A DNA stretch of 64,000 bases from the NCBI GenBank assembly GCA_964202905.1, contig CAXNJO010000015.1, positions 20,434 through 84,433 of the forward strand, given 5' to 3'. Below the pieces are notes generated by a model. The model was not told the origin of the DNA and searched no databases. It was given only the letters and a program-made list of their open reading frames with translations. Positions 9,586 through 18,505 of this stretch are shown here, piece after piece (the stretch's first letter is position 1; every line of letters begins with the position of its first letter). This stretch comes from Polyangiales bacterium. GTDB lineage: Bacteria; Myxococcota_A; Polyangia; Polyangiales; JADJQN01. The translations under genes and the position numbers were made by a program.

Positions 9586-11388
9586 ATGCAAATCCCATCG
9601 GCGTCCCGCGGGGGCGCCGTCCTCGCCGCCCTCGTCGCAGCCACCGTCTCCCTCCACGCCTGTTCGGATCCGGACGACTCGAGCCCCGATGCCGCCGTGG
9701 ACGCAGGCCTCGACGCGGCCGTGGACGCAGGCCTCGACGCGGCCGTGGACGCAGGCCTCGACGCGGCCGTGGACGCAGGGCTCGATGCCGGGCCGGACAC
9801 GAGCACGCCCGAGGGGCTCGCGACGCTCTGCGCGGCGACTCCGGACGATGCGCGCTGCGCGCCGCCGGGCGCGCGCTGTGCGGTCTCCGAACCGCTGCGC
9901 GCGCTCTCCTGGGTCACGCCGCGAAACTGGCCGAGCCGGCAGCGCGCCCGCCGGGAGTCCCGTCGTCGCGGCCGAAGAAATCGCGGTGCATCAGGCCGGG
10001 AACCTCCAGTGCGATTGGCGGACGAACAACAGCGACCCGGGCTGCGCGTTCGCGAGCGGCCACGGCGACCCGCTCCGCGAGCCCCTCGTGCGGAACCTCG
10101 ACGAGCTCGCCGCGCGACTGCTTGCCCGCCCCGAGGGGCACCGCGCGCTCCTGTGGCGCTCGTTTGGTCGAACGAGACGATTCCGCATCTCCATCCCTCG
10201 GATGCCACGATTCCCGGCGCGTCGGACGAGCCGGCGCAGCCCGGCCTCTGGTGGGATGCGGGGGCCGCGGAGACGTCCGAGGTCGTGCGCGCCGTGCTGC
10301 GTGGTCTCGCCACGCGCGGCGTGACCCTCGATTGGCTCGTGATCGACCTCGAGTGGAACGTCTCCAACTGGTCGATCGGGACGTGTGATTCCTCCGCTGC
10401 GGCGCAGCGGGCCCGCGAGATTTCGCGTTGGAATGCGATCGCCGAAGACCCGCGCACACCCGCGCTCCTCGCGGAGTGGTCGAGTCGTTTTGGCGTCGAT
10501 CTCACCCGCGAATTCCGCGCGGATCTCTGCCCGATGGCCTACGGCACCGAGCGCTACCTCGCGTGGAACGCCTTCATGCAGGAGCGCGTCGCCGCATATT
10601 ACGAACGCGCCTTCGTCGATGTGGCGCGCGCGGTCTTCCCGGCCATCCGCGTGAGCAACTACGACTTCAGCCACAGCGATCCCGCCTTCGCCGTGCCCGA
10701 CCTGAACGGGCACGACTCGATGCGTTTCGGCCGCGGCGCCGTCGTCGGGACGCATCAGTCGCCCGCCTGCTACGGCATTCTCGATCAGGTCTCGACGCGC
10801 ATCGTCCCGCGCATCTCGGACACCACGATCTACGCGCGCACCCCGTTCAACGCCGTCCGCCTCGCGATCAACGAATACCGCGCGCGCGCGCTCGCGCGGC
10901 CCGATGTGCCCGTGGCGCCCTGGGTGGCTCCCGCGGACTACGTCGAGGCCGGACGCGCGCCACACGGCGGCACGCCGCTCTGGGCCGAGATGATGTTGCA
11001 CCTCGGCGCGAGCGCGCCCGACGTGCTGCTCTACTGGAACAACTCCATCGCTCCGTCCGGCGACATCGATGCTGCGTTCGAATCCGCGCTCACCGAAGTC
11101 AACCGAGTGGTCGGCTGCGCCTCGCGCGCGATCGCCGTGCGCGGGATCGCGCCGTGGGACGCACCGTGGCTCGTCTCGGGCCTCTCGGTCGATGGCCGCC
11201 GCGTCTGGCGCTTCACCTCCGAAGACGAATCCACCGCGCTCGTGCGCGAAGGGCGCGACCTCGTCGCGCAGCAGGGCCCGCGGCGGATCGTGTTCCCCGA
11301 CGCCTGGGCGCTCGCGCCAGTGGCTCCCTACACGCGCGGCGTCTGGGTGCTCCAGGCCGAAGGCGCCGCGGCGCCACGCGAGGAGTGA
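9586..11388 (+). CDS. Putative lipoprotein, unknown function (probable compensating frameshifts about 9930-10160)
   Basis: signal + LHAC lipobox; DAAVDAGL repeats; alternative frame reads protein-like across 9930-10160. Confidence 0.65.
   Translation: MQIPSASRGGAVLAALVAATVSLHACSDPDDSSPDAAVDAGLDAAVDAGLDAAVDAGLDAAVDAGLDAGPDTSTPEGLATLCAATPDDARCAPPGARCAVSEPLRALSWVTPRNWPSRQRARRESRRRGRRNRGASGREPPVRLADEQQRPGLRVRERPRRPAPRAPRAEPRRARRATACPPRGAPRAPVALVWSNETIPHLHPSDATIPGASDEPAQPGLWWDAGAAETSEVVRAVLRGLATRGVTLDWLVIDLEWNVSNWSIGTCDSSAAAQRAREISRWNAIAEDPRTPALLAEWSSRFGVDLTREFRADLCPMAYGTERYLAWNAFMQERVAAYYERAFVDVARAVFPAIRVSNYDFSHSDPAFAVPDLNGHDSMRFGRGAVVGTHQSPACYGILDQVSTRIVPRISDTTIYARTPFNAVRLAINEYRARALARPDVPVAPWVAPADYVEAGRAPHGGTPLWAEMMLHLGASAPDVLLYWNNSIAPSGDIDAAFESALTEVNRVVGCASRAIAVRGIAPWDAPWLVSGLSVDGRRVWRFTSEDESTALVREGRDLVAQQGPRRIVFPDAWALAPVAPYTRGVWVLQAEGAAAPREE
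9688..9783 (+). repeat. In-frame 24-bp tandem repeat (DAAVDAGL) x4
   Basis: gacgcggccgtggacgcaggcctc units. Confidence 0.95.
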
Positions 11389-11399
11389 CGCGAGAGAGA

Positions 11400-11421
11400 G
11401 ACGGACAGCCGGCTGGCCGTC
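11400..11421. repeat. Intergenic palindrome, copy 2
   Basis: GACGGACAGCCGGCTGGCCGTC. Confidence 0.75.
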
Positions 11422-11452
11422 CGTCGCCCTCCCGCCCTCTCGCTACGCCCGC

Positions 11453-12646
11453 TCACCCATGCGCGGCGAGCAGATAGACGACGATGCCGAAGACGCAGAC
11501 CATCGCGGCGGTCTCGACCCAGCTCACCTGACCGTCGTCCTGCACGGCCTTCCAGAGCATCAGCATCGGGGGGAAGGCGAGCACGACGACGCTCGTCGTC
11601 TCGAGGTCGATGGGCAGCACCGCGCCGCTCGCGGCCGATGGGGACGACACCCGTGCCCGCGAGCACGGCGAGCAGGAGCATCGCGACGGGCAGCACCACG
11701 AAGGGCACCTGGCTCACCTGCCCCGCGGCCGAGGCGAGCGCGACGTCGAACATGCCCTTCGCGTGCGAGGTGACGATCATCGCGAACGCGCCCGCGGACG
11801 CGAACACGCTCAGCAGCAGCGCGCCCACCATCTCGGGATATCCACGCTCGGCGAGGCCCGCGACGAGCGACGTCGGCGAAGTCGCCCGACCGCGTGGCCG
11901 CCGATGACCGACGCGACCAGCCCGATGGCGCCATAGCCCGCAATCGTGCCCCAGCCGGGCGCGGCGTCGTCGTGCGCGGGATTCGGACTGGCACGCTCGA
12001 CATCGCTCTTCGCGGGTGCGCCGCTGAACCGTTTGACCAGCTCGAGGGTCGCGACCACCTGCACGGCGAGCAGCGCGACGCCGAGCACCGAGAGGTCGAG
12101 CACGCCGAGCCCTTCGCCGCCGTGATCCCCCGCGCGGAAGGTGCGCAGCATGATCATCACGAGCCCCGCGCCGAGGAAGACGCCCGCCGCCCCCGCGAAG
12201 AGGTCGGTGCTGATCTTCACGAGCGGCTCGGGCAGGCGCGCATGCCCCGTGTTGTCGCGCGGCAGGAACCCGGAGTAGAGCCCGAACGCGAGCGCGCCGA
12301 CGTGCAGCGTCAGACACGTGACGATGAAGCCCACGCGCGGCGCGGCGGCGAGCACGAAGCCGAGCATCACGAGCTCGGGCACGTTCGACGCGAGCCCCGC
12401 CATCGTCCCGGCGACGAAGGGATTCCACCCCACGCGCCGACCGATCCCCTCGACGCTGCGGATCATCGCCTCGCAGCTGCCGAACACCACCGCGAGCCCG
12501 CCGAGCCCGAGCGCCGCCGCGTGCAGCCAGCCGGGGACGGCGTCGTGGCCGAGCACGCGCGGCACGAGCGTGGCGCCCGCGACGACCGCGCCGCCGCCCG
12601 CGAGCATCTTGATCCAGCCGTTTCCACCACCGCCGCCGCCTGCCAT
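11453..12646 (-). CDS. CaCA-family cation/H+ exchanger-like membrane protein, split by two frameshifts (about 11890 and 11640)
   Basis: alpha-repeat-like GLASNVPELV; GQVSQVPF; C-terminal DDGQVSWVE; many hydrophobic helices over three frames. Confidence 0.7.
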
Positions 12647-12793
12647 GGGCCCCTGTGTAGAACGAACGGCGCTGCGCGGTCAAAGGCGGCGAGACGGATC
12701 GTCCCACGGCGGCACACCGACGCGTCGCTGCGCGCGCTGCCCGCCGGCGTGTCAGTCAGCCCATCGCGCGAGCGTCTCTCACAGCGGAGGCCC

Positions 12794-13246
12794 ATGTCCC
12801 AATCGCGCTTCGATCCGCGCCAGCCACCCACCGGTCGTCAGGTCAGCTACGGAGTCGTCCTCGTCGACGCCGCGCGCGAGCAGGTCTTTCTGCGCAAGCC
12901 CTCAGGCGGCTTTCAGGGCTATGTGTGGACGTTCGCGAAGGGCCAGCCCGACGCGGGCGAATCCCCCGAAGACACGGCCACCCGCGAGGCCCGCGAGGAG
13001 TACGGCCGCCTCGTGCGCGTGATCGCGCCGATCCCCGAGTGGTTCGGGGGCACCCAGTGGGCCAACGCCTTCTGGCTCGCCGAGGACGCCGGTGTGTACC
13101 CACCGGGATTCGACTGGGAGACCGAAGCCACGCAGTGGTTCACCTGGGACGCCGCGATTCACGCGCTCAGCGAGACGCGCGTCGCCTACCGACGCGACCG
13201 CGATGTGCAGATTCTCGCGGCGGCGCGGCGAATCACCGAGGGGTGA
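12794..13246 (+). CDS. NUDIX hydrolase
   Basis: Nudix box GQPDAGESPEDTATREAREEYG; GGAGG before ATG. Confidence 0.9.
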   Translation: MSQSRFDPRQPPTGRQVSYGVVLVDAAREQVFLRKPSGGFQGYVWTFAKGQPDAGESPEDTATREAREEYGRLVRVIAPIPEWFGGTQWANAFWLAEDAGVYPPGFDWETEATQWFTWDAAIHALSETRVAYRRDRDVQILAAARRITEG

Positions 13247-13295
13247 CGAGCCACACCACTCAAGCTGTCTTCACACCCGCTGTCCCTCGTCCTTT

Positions 13296-14442
13296 TCAAA
13301 TCTCACTCTCCGACACCGCCTCTCCACCCCTGCTCCGACTCCCGCCCTTCACCGCGCCTGCGTACGCCGCGAGCGCCGCGCGGTGTTCCGCTGCGACGGC
13401 TTCCGCGAGATCGGCGGGGCTGACGACGCGCACCCTCGGGCCCCAGCCGACGAGCCAGGAGACGACCTCGGGGCTCGTCGCGAGGGTGAGCGTCATGCGG
13501 ATCTGCCCGCCGGCGATGCGGCGCGTGCGCTGCGAGGGGTGATATCGCCGCGCGTCGACGATGGCGCGCACGGCCGCGTCGAACTCCAGCGTCACCTTGC
13601 GCGGTGTACCGCCCGCGAAGACGCCGAAGGCGCCGTCGAAGAAGGACGTCGATGGAGAAGTCGGCGGGCACGTCGAAGCGCTTGTCGCGGGCGCGTGTCG
13701 CGGCCTCGAAACGCTCGATGGCGAAGACGCGTGGCGTGGTGGCGGTCTCCCAGCGACCGATCACGTAGAGGCCATTGCGATAGAGCGCGATCCCCCATGG
13801 CTCGAGGGTGCCCGTGTCGATGGCGCCGGCCGCGTGGCGGTAGCGCGCGCGCACGGCGTGGCGGTGGAGCGCGCCGGTGAGCAGGGCGTCGAGGACGTCG
13901 GCGTGCGCGTCGTAGCGCTTGAGGCCGCCGTCGGGCAGGTAGCGGAACGAAGGGCCGAGCGTGCGCAGGTCGCGCGCGGCGTCGTCGGGCAGCGAGGCGC
14001 CGATCTTGCGGAAGATGGAGGCGGCGTCCTCGGCGAGCGGCGTGCCCTCGAGCGTCGCGAGCACGTCGCGCATCGCGAGCAGCGCGAAGCGCTCGCGCAG
14101 CGTGAGCGTCACGGCCTCGCTGCGGCCGCGCACGAGGCGCACCGCGGCGCGTCCCTCGACGGGCGCGAGCGACACGCCATGTCCAGCGGCGTGCAACACG
14201 GCGAGATCGCGGCGCAGCTGCTTCACGGAGATGCCGAGGTCCGCGGCGAGGGACGCGAGCAGCGCCGGCGTGCGCCGTGCCTGCAGGCGCGCGAGCAGCT
14301 CGAGCACGCGCTCGGTCTGCGTGTAGGCCCCTGCTCTGCGGCCGGGCCCGGTGCGCGGCGCGGGCGCTTCGGTGGGCTTCGTCACGGCGCGCGTCGCGCG
14401 TCCACGCTTCTTCGCCGTGGGCGTCTCGGAAGGGGGTGTCAT
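13296..14442 (-). CDS. HTH-WYL-WCX transcriptional regulator, frameshift near 13647
   Basis: HTH LAADLGISVKQLRRDL; WYL core LEPWGIALYRNGLYVIG...RVFAIERF; FSID/SFFDGAFG; WCX-like WLVGWGPRVRVVSP. Confidence 0.85.
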
Positions 14443-14484
14443 GCGTGCGACTGTCTCACCGACGCGACGCGGGCACCAGCGCAG

Positions 14485-14507
14485 GGTGGGACATAGTTCG
14501 TCCCACC
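14485..14507. promoter_or_regulatory. Inverted repeat, candidate WYL operator (site 1)
   Basis: GGTGGGAC-ATAGTTC-GTCCCACC in the 96-bp divergent intergenic region. Confidence 0.7.
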
Positions 14508-14538
14508 GCGCGCGCACCGTGCGCGTCGGGGTGAGCGA

Positions 14539-16593
14539 ATGACGCCGCACGCACGACGGGCCTGGCTGCGGGCGATTGCCACGGAACACGCGGGGCCCGA
14601 AGCGGCGGCGTGGTTGTCGGACGACGCCGGCAGGCCCGACCTCGACGGGCGCGTGCGCCGGCCTCCCGTCACCGCCACGGCGCGCGCCGACGCGCGTCGC
14701 GAGGCCTTCGGCGCAGCGGCGTGGCGGGTCGATGCGGAGGGCGCGCCGGGTGCCGTGACGGGCGCCGCGAACCACGGCCCGCAAGCGGCGGAGTGGGCGC
14801 CCCTCGATGGGCCCGCCCCGCCGACCACGGACGACACCGAGGCGGCCGCGCTCGCCGACCGCCCCCCCTTCGACGAGCGCATCCCGACGATCACCCTCGG
14901 CGTCGCGCTCGCCGTCGATGGCGCAGGGCTCGCGGACGCGCTGCGGCCGCATGTCGCGCGATTCCCCGGTTTTCATTGGACGCTCGAGGTGCTCGACGGC
15001 CTGCAACCCTCGCTCGCGGGCCTCGACGTCGTGGTGTGTCCCGAGAGCGCGAATGCCCTGCTTCCCCACGCGGTCACGGAGCTCCGCAAGGCCGCGACGG
15101 AGGGGCATGTGCCGCTGCTCTTCCTCGGGGCGCCCCTCGGGACGCAAGACGACGCGGATCCGTTGGAGGGACTCGCCGCGCGCGTCGCCGCGCTCTTCGT
15201 CCGCGCGCTCATCCCCGTGGCCGAGCCCGCGCCGCGCGGGCAGCGAGCCTTCCCCTACGCGTCGCTCACGGGGCGCGACGTGGTGCGCCTGCCACCGGCC
15301 GGGCCGACCGTGGCGCTGCAGAGGCTCCCGCGGGGCGTGCGGCTCGAGGCGCGCTACGACGACGGCGCGACGCGCTGCGTGTCGATGGAGCTCGGCGCGG
15401 GCGGCGCACTCGTCCGCGCGACCGAGCCCGGTGCGAGCCGCGATGCGCTGCGGCTGCGCTGGGTCGCCTCCACGCGCGACGCGGAGCCGGGCGATCTCTT
15501 CGACGCCTTCGCGGACGCCATCGCGGGGCCGGGGCTGCCGTGCCGCGCGCTGCTCGATCCCCTCGTGCGCCGCGCGCGAGTCTGGGCGCGTCAGGCGGTG
15601 CCGCGCACGGCCCGCAGCGCGGCCTGCGCGTTCCATCCGCGCGCCGCGGCCGCCGTGGCCATGCGCGCGGCGGCCGACGAAACCGGTCGCGTCGCGCAGC
15701 TCGCGCGCGTCTGCCCGGGGCTCTTCGCGCTGGCCGTCACGCTGCGCGCATCGACCGCGCTCGACGAGGCCTGCGCGCGCACGATCGCCGGCAAGCCCCT
15801 CGCCGAATGCCTCGATCCGGTGCTCGACGCCTGGCGGCGCGCGGGACGCGGCGCTCGCGACGTCGCGCGGCACGCCTCCTTCGTGCGACGCGCGCCCGCA
15901 GCGATCGATCCCGCCGCCCTGCGCGAGCCCTTCCCGCCGGGCCTCATCCTCGACGATCTCCCGAAGGATGCGCAGGCCCGCGCTGCGTGGTTCACCGCCG
16001 CAGGCGCGCTCGCGGCCCTCACGGTCTCCGAAGGGGCCGACGACGTCGCGCGCCTCGCGTCCTTCGTGAGCGCCCGCGGCGAGGCGATCGGACGTCTCGA
16101 CGAGGGCGAACGCGGCACGTTGCTGATCGCGCTGATCGAGCGCGGGCGCGCACTCGGGCACTGGCCTTCGCGGCAGACCCGGGTCCCGGCGGCGCGCGCG
16201 CGTGCGGAGGGGTTCTCGCCCGACGCCGAGCGGCTCCCGTGGACACCCCGGCTCACCACGCCCTCTCATCCGCTCGTCCTCATCCGTCTGCTCGCGACGC
16301 CGGCCGCGCTCAAGGCCGAGGGCGAGCTCATGGGCCACTGCGTCGGGTCCTACGTCGACGACGTCCTCTCCCGCACGCTGCTCGTCTTCGCGGTGCGGTG
16401 GCGCGGCCAGCGCTACACGGCGTCGGCGCACGTGCAGCGCGACGACAGGCTGGTGCTGTCGGAGCTGCAGGCGCGTCACACCTACGCGCCCCCGCCGCCT
16501 GCGCTCCGTGTCGCCTTCGAGGGATGGCTCGCGCGGCAGCGCGTGCGTGCGGACCACGCCCGGCGCGCGCGCAGCGGGTCGCCCGATCGATGA
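14539..16593 (+). CDS. Protein with C-terminal PcfJ-like domain
   Basis: LKAEGELMGHCVGSY matches the PcfJ-like LxxEGxxMxHCVxxY signature. Confidence 0.7.
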   Translation: MTPHARRAWLRAIATEHAGPEAAAWLSDDAGRPDLDGRVRRPPVTATARADARREAFGAAAWRVDAEGAPGAVTGAANHGPQAAEWAPLDGPAPPTTDDTEAAALADRPPFDERIPTITLGVALAVDGAGLADALRPHVARFPGFHWTLEVLDGLQPSLAGLDVVVCPESANALLPHAVTELRKAATEGHVPLLFLGAPLGTQDDADPLEGLAARVAALFVRALIPVAEPAPRGQRAFPYASLTGRDVVRLPPAGPTVALQRLPRGVRLEARYDDGATRCVSMELGAGGALVRATEPGASRDALRLRWVASTRDAEPGDLFDAFADAIAGPGLPCRALLDPLVRRARVWARQAVPRTARSAACAFHPRAAAAVAMRAAADETGRVAQLARVCPGLFALAVTLRASTALDEACARTIAGKPLAECLDPVLDAWRRAGRGARDVARHASFVRRAPAAIDPAALREPFPPGLILDDLPKDAQARAAWFTAAGALAALTVSEGADDVARLASFVSARGEAIGRLDEGERGTLLIALIERGRALGHWPSRQTRVPAARARAEGFSPDAERLPWTPRLTTPSHPLVLIRLLATPAALKAEGELMGHCVGSYVDDVLSRTLLVFAVRWRGQRYTASAHVQRDDRLVLSELQARHTYAPPPPALRVAFEGWLARQRVRADHARRARSGSPDR

Positions 16594-17093
16594 GCCGCGA
16601 GCCCGTCCGCGCCGTCACGCTGGGTGCGCCGCTCGAGAACGCGGCCGTGATCGGCGACATCCACGGCCACGCCGACGCGCTCGCCGCGCTGCTCGCGCGC
16701 ATCCCCGCGTCGCGCCCGGTCTTCGTGCTCGGCGACCTCGTCGATCGCGGGCCCGAGAGCGCGCGCGTGGTCGAGCTGATGATCGCGCGCGGCGCACGCG
16801 GGGTGTGCGGCAACCACGAGCTCTGGCTGCGCCGCTGGATCCGCGGGGAGTCGGTCGACATCAACGTCCTCGACCCCGACTTCGGCGCGGCGACGACGCT
16901 CGCGTCCTCTGGTTTCCCCACGGATACGAGGGTATTTCTCACACCGCCCGACGCGCGTAGCCTCCACACGCACCGCGACTACCTGCTCGGGCTCCCGCAC
17001 GCCCTCGCGCTCACCGTCGCGGGCGCGTCCTACTGGCTCGTGCACGCGGGGCTCCCGCCCGTGGCCGCAGATCCGCCCGAGTGGTCGCCTGAC
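16590..17093 (+). pseudogene. Calcineurin-like metallophosphoesterase (PrpA/ApaH-like), apparently C-terminally truncated
   Basis: GDIHG, GDLVDRG, GNHE, VHAG; ATGA overlap with upstream stop; no GHT motif and no nearby in-frame stop; end approximate. Confidence 0.7.
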
Positions 17094-17163
17094 GGCGCTG
17101 CTGCTGCCGGAGCGCACGTCGCTGCAGGCGCCTGCATCCGGGTGAGCCGAAGCGCCCGTGGCG

Positions 17164-17186
17164 GGTGGGACAGAGTATGTCCCACC
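17164..17186. promoter_or_regulatory. Inverted repeat, candidate WYL operator (site 2)
   Basis: GGTGGGAC-AGAGTAT-GTCCCACC, same arms and spacing as site 1. Confidence 0.65.
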
Positions 17187-17231
17187 GTGCGGGGCGCCCC
17201 GCGCGCAGCGAGGGCGAGCGGGGCGCGCCGT

Positions 17232-18419
17232 CTACGCCGCCCGCGCAGCCTGGCGCTCGGCGTTCTTCGCGCGGCCGCGCGTGACGGCGAAGCGGCCGAC
17301 GACGACCGCGAGGCCGACACCGACGACCATCAGCGCGATCCCCACGAGCGGCCGGTAGAAGACCCAGCCGAGCGCCACGGTGAGCAGCGAGAGCGGCGCC
17401 GAGATCACGAACGCCACGAAGCCCGTGCCCGCGCCGACGAGCGAGCCGATGAACGGCACCACGTCCGCGACGACGACGAGCGGCTTGAAGATGAGCGAGA
17501 GCCCGATGAACATCGCGAGCCAGCCCGCGAAGCGCAGCAGCCACGTGAAGAACACGTTGCCGAACTCGAGCGACTGGATCATCCCGTCGGCCGAGACGGT
17601 GCCGGCGTCGAGGTTCTGCTCGAGCACGCGGCCCGACGGCGTGCGCCACTCCGCGAACGTCGCGCCCCGCTGCGCGGCGAGCACCGACACCGCGCCCGCC
17701 GGTACGCGCTCCCACTTCACGCGCAGGTCGCCGAGCTGCGGCGCCGCGCTGCTCGCACCGACGAAGAGGCCCGCCGCGGCGCGCGTGACCGGGCGACCGA
17801 AGCGGCCGAGCCCGGGCGCCTGCGCGGGCTCGATGGGCAGCGCCTCGAAGCCCTCGTGCTGGGAGACGAGGTCGGCGGTGAGCGTGCGCGCGCCCACCGT
17901 CACGCGGCCTGCGTCGAAGGTCTGAGACACCACGGGCATGGGCGGATTTTGATGACCGGCGGGCTCTTCGAAGCGCGACGCGTCGAGCGGCTCCGCGCTC
18001 CACCCGAGCGCGTACGTGTAGCGCGTGGTGCGCTGCTCGCTCCCGCCGAGACTCTTCGAGGTGCGGCTCTCTTTGCGCTCGGTCCACTGGAACATCTCGA
18101 CCGTGCGCCGCAGCCGCAGCGCGCCGGGCGCCGTGGGCCCGAGCTCGGCGTCCGCGAGCGCGTCCGTCGTCGTGGCGTTGCCCGAGACGTGCACGAGCTT
18201 GCCCTCGTCGGCCGGCCGCACGGCGTCAGCGGTCGCCTCGATCACGGCGCCGCGCCCCTCCTCGAGATCCTGCGCCCGATGGACGGCGCGCCCCTCGTTC
18301 CAGAAGAGCAGCGGGAAGGACGCGACGAAGAGCAGCAGCCCGACGAGGACGCCCTTGATGGAGCTGGCGATGCGGCTGAACCAGCCTGTGGACTCGGTGC
18401 GAACGAACTGATTCGACAT
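17232..18419 (-). CDS. TMEM43/DUF1625-family membrane protein
   Basis: LLFWNEGRAV, GKLVHVSG, LRRTVEMFQW, PQLGDLRV, C-terminal TM helices. Confidence 0.85.
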   Translation of the reverse strand: MSNQFVRTESTGWFSRIASSIKGVLVGLLLFVASFPLLFWNEGRAVHRAQDLEEGRGAVIEATADAVRPADEGKLVHVSGNATTTDALADAELGPTAPGALRLRRTVEMFQWTERKESRTSKSLGGSEQRTTRYTYALGWSAEPLDASRFEEPAGHQNPPMPVVSQTFDAGRVTVGARTLTADLVSQHEGFEALPIEPAQAPGLGRFGRPVTRAAAGLFVGASSAAPQLGDLRVKWERVPAGAVSVLAAQRGATFAEWRTPSGRVLEQNLDAGTVSADGMIQSLEFGNVFFTWLLRFAGWLAMFIGLSLIFKPLVVVADVVPFIGSLVGAGTGFVAFVISAPLSLLTVALGWVFYRPLVGIALMVVGVGLAVVVGRFAVTRGRAKNAERQAARAA

Positions 18420-18473
18420 GGACTATCTCGTGGTGAGAGGGGCTGTGCGGCGAAGGAAGCGAGGATGGCGATC

Positions 18474-18497
18474 AGACAGCCAGCCGGCTGGCTGTCT
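18474..18497. repeat. Intergenic palindrome, copy 3 (perfect 24 bp)
   Basis: AGACAGCCAGCCGGCTGGCTGTCT. Confidence 0.85.
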
Positions 18498-18505
18498 CGA
18501 AGCGT

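Noticed and set aside
9688..9783. 24-bp repeats as a CRISPR array
   Set aside because: No spacers, in-frame DAAVDAGL linker, no cas genes in the window
12688..12710. GTCCCAC as a third WYL-type site
   Set aside because: Left arm is poor and spacing is 5 rather than 7 bp
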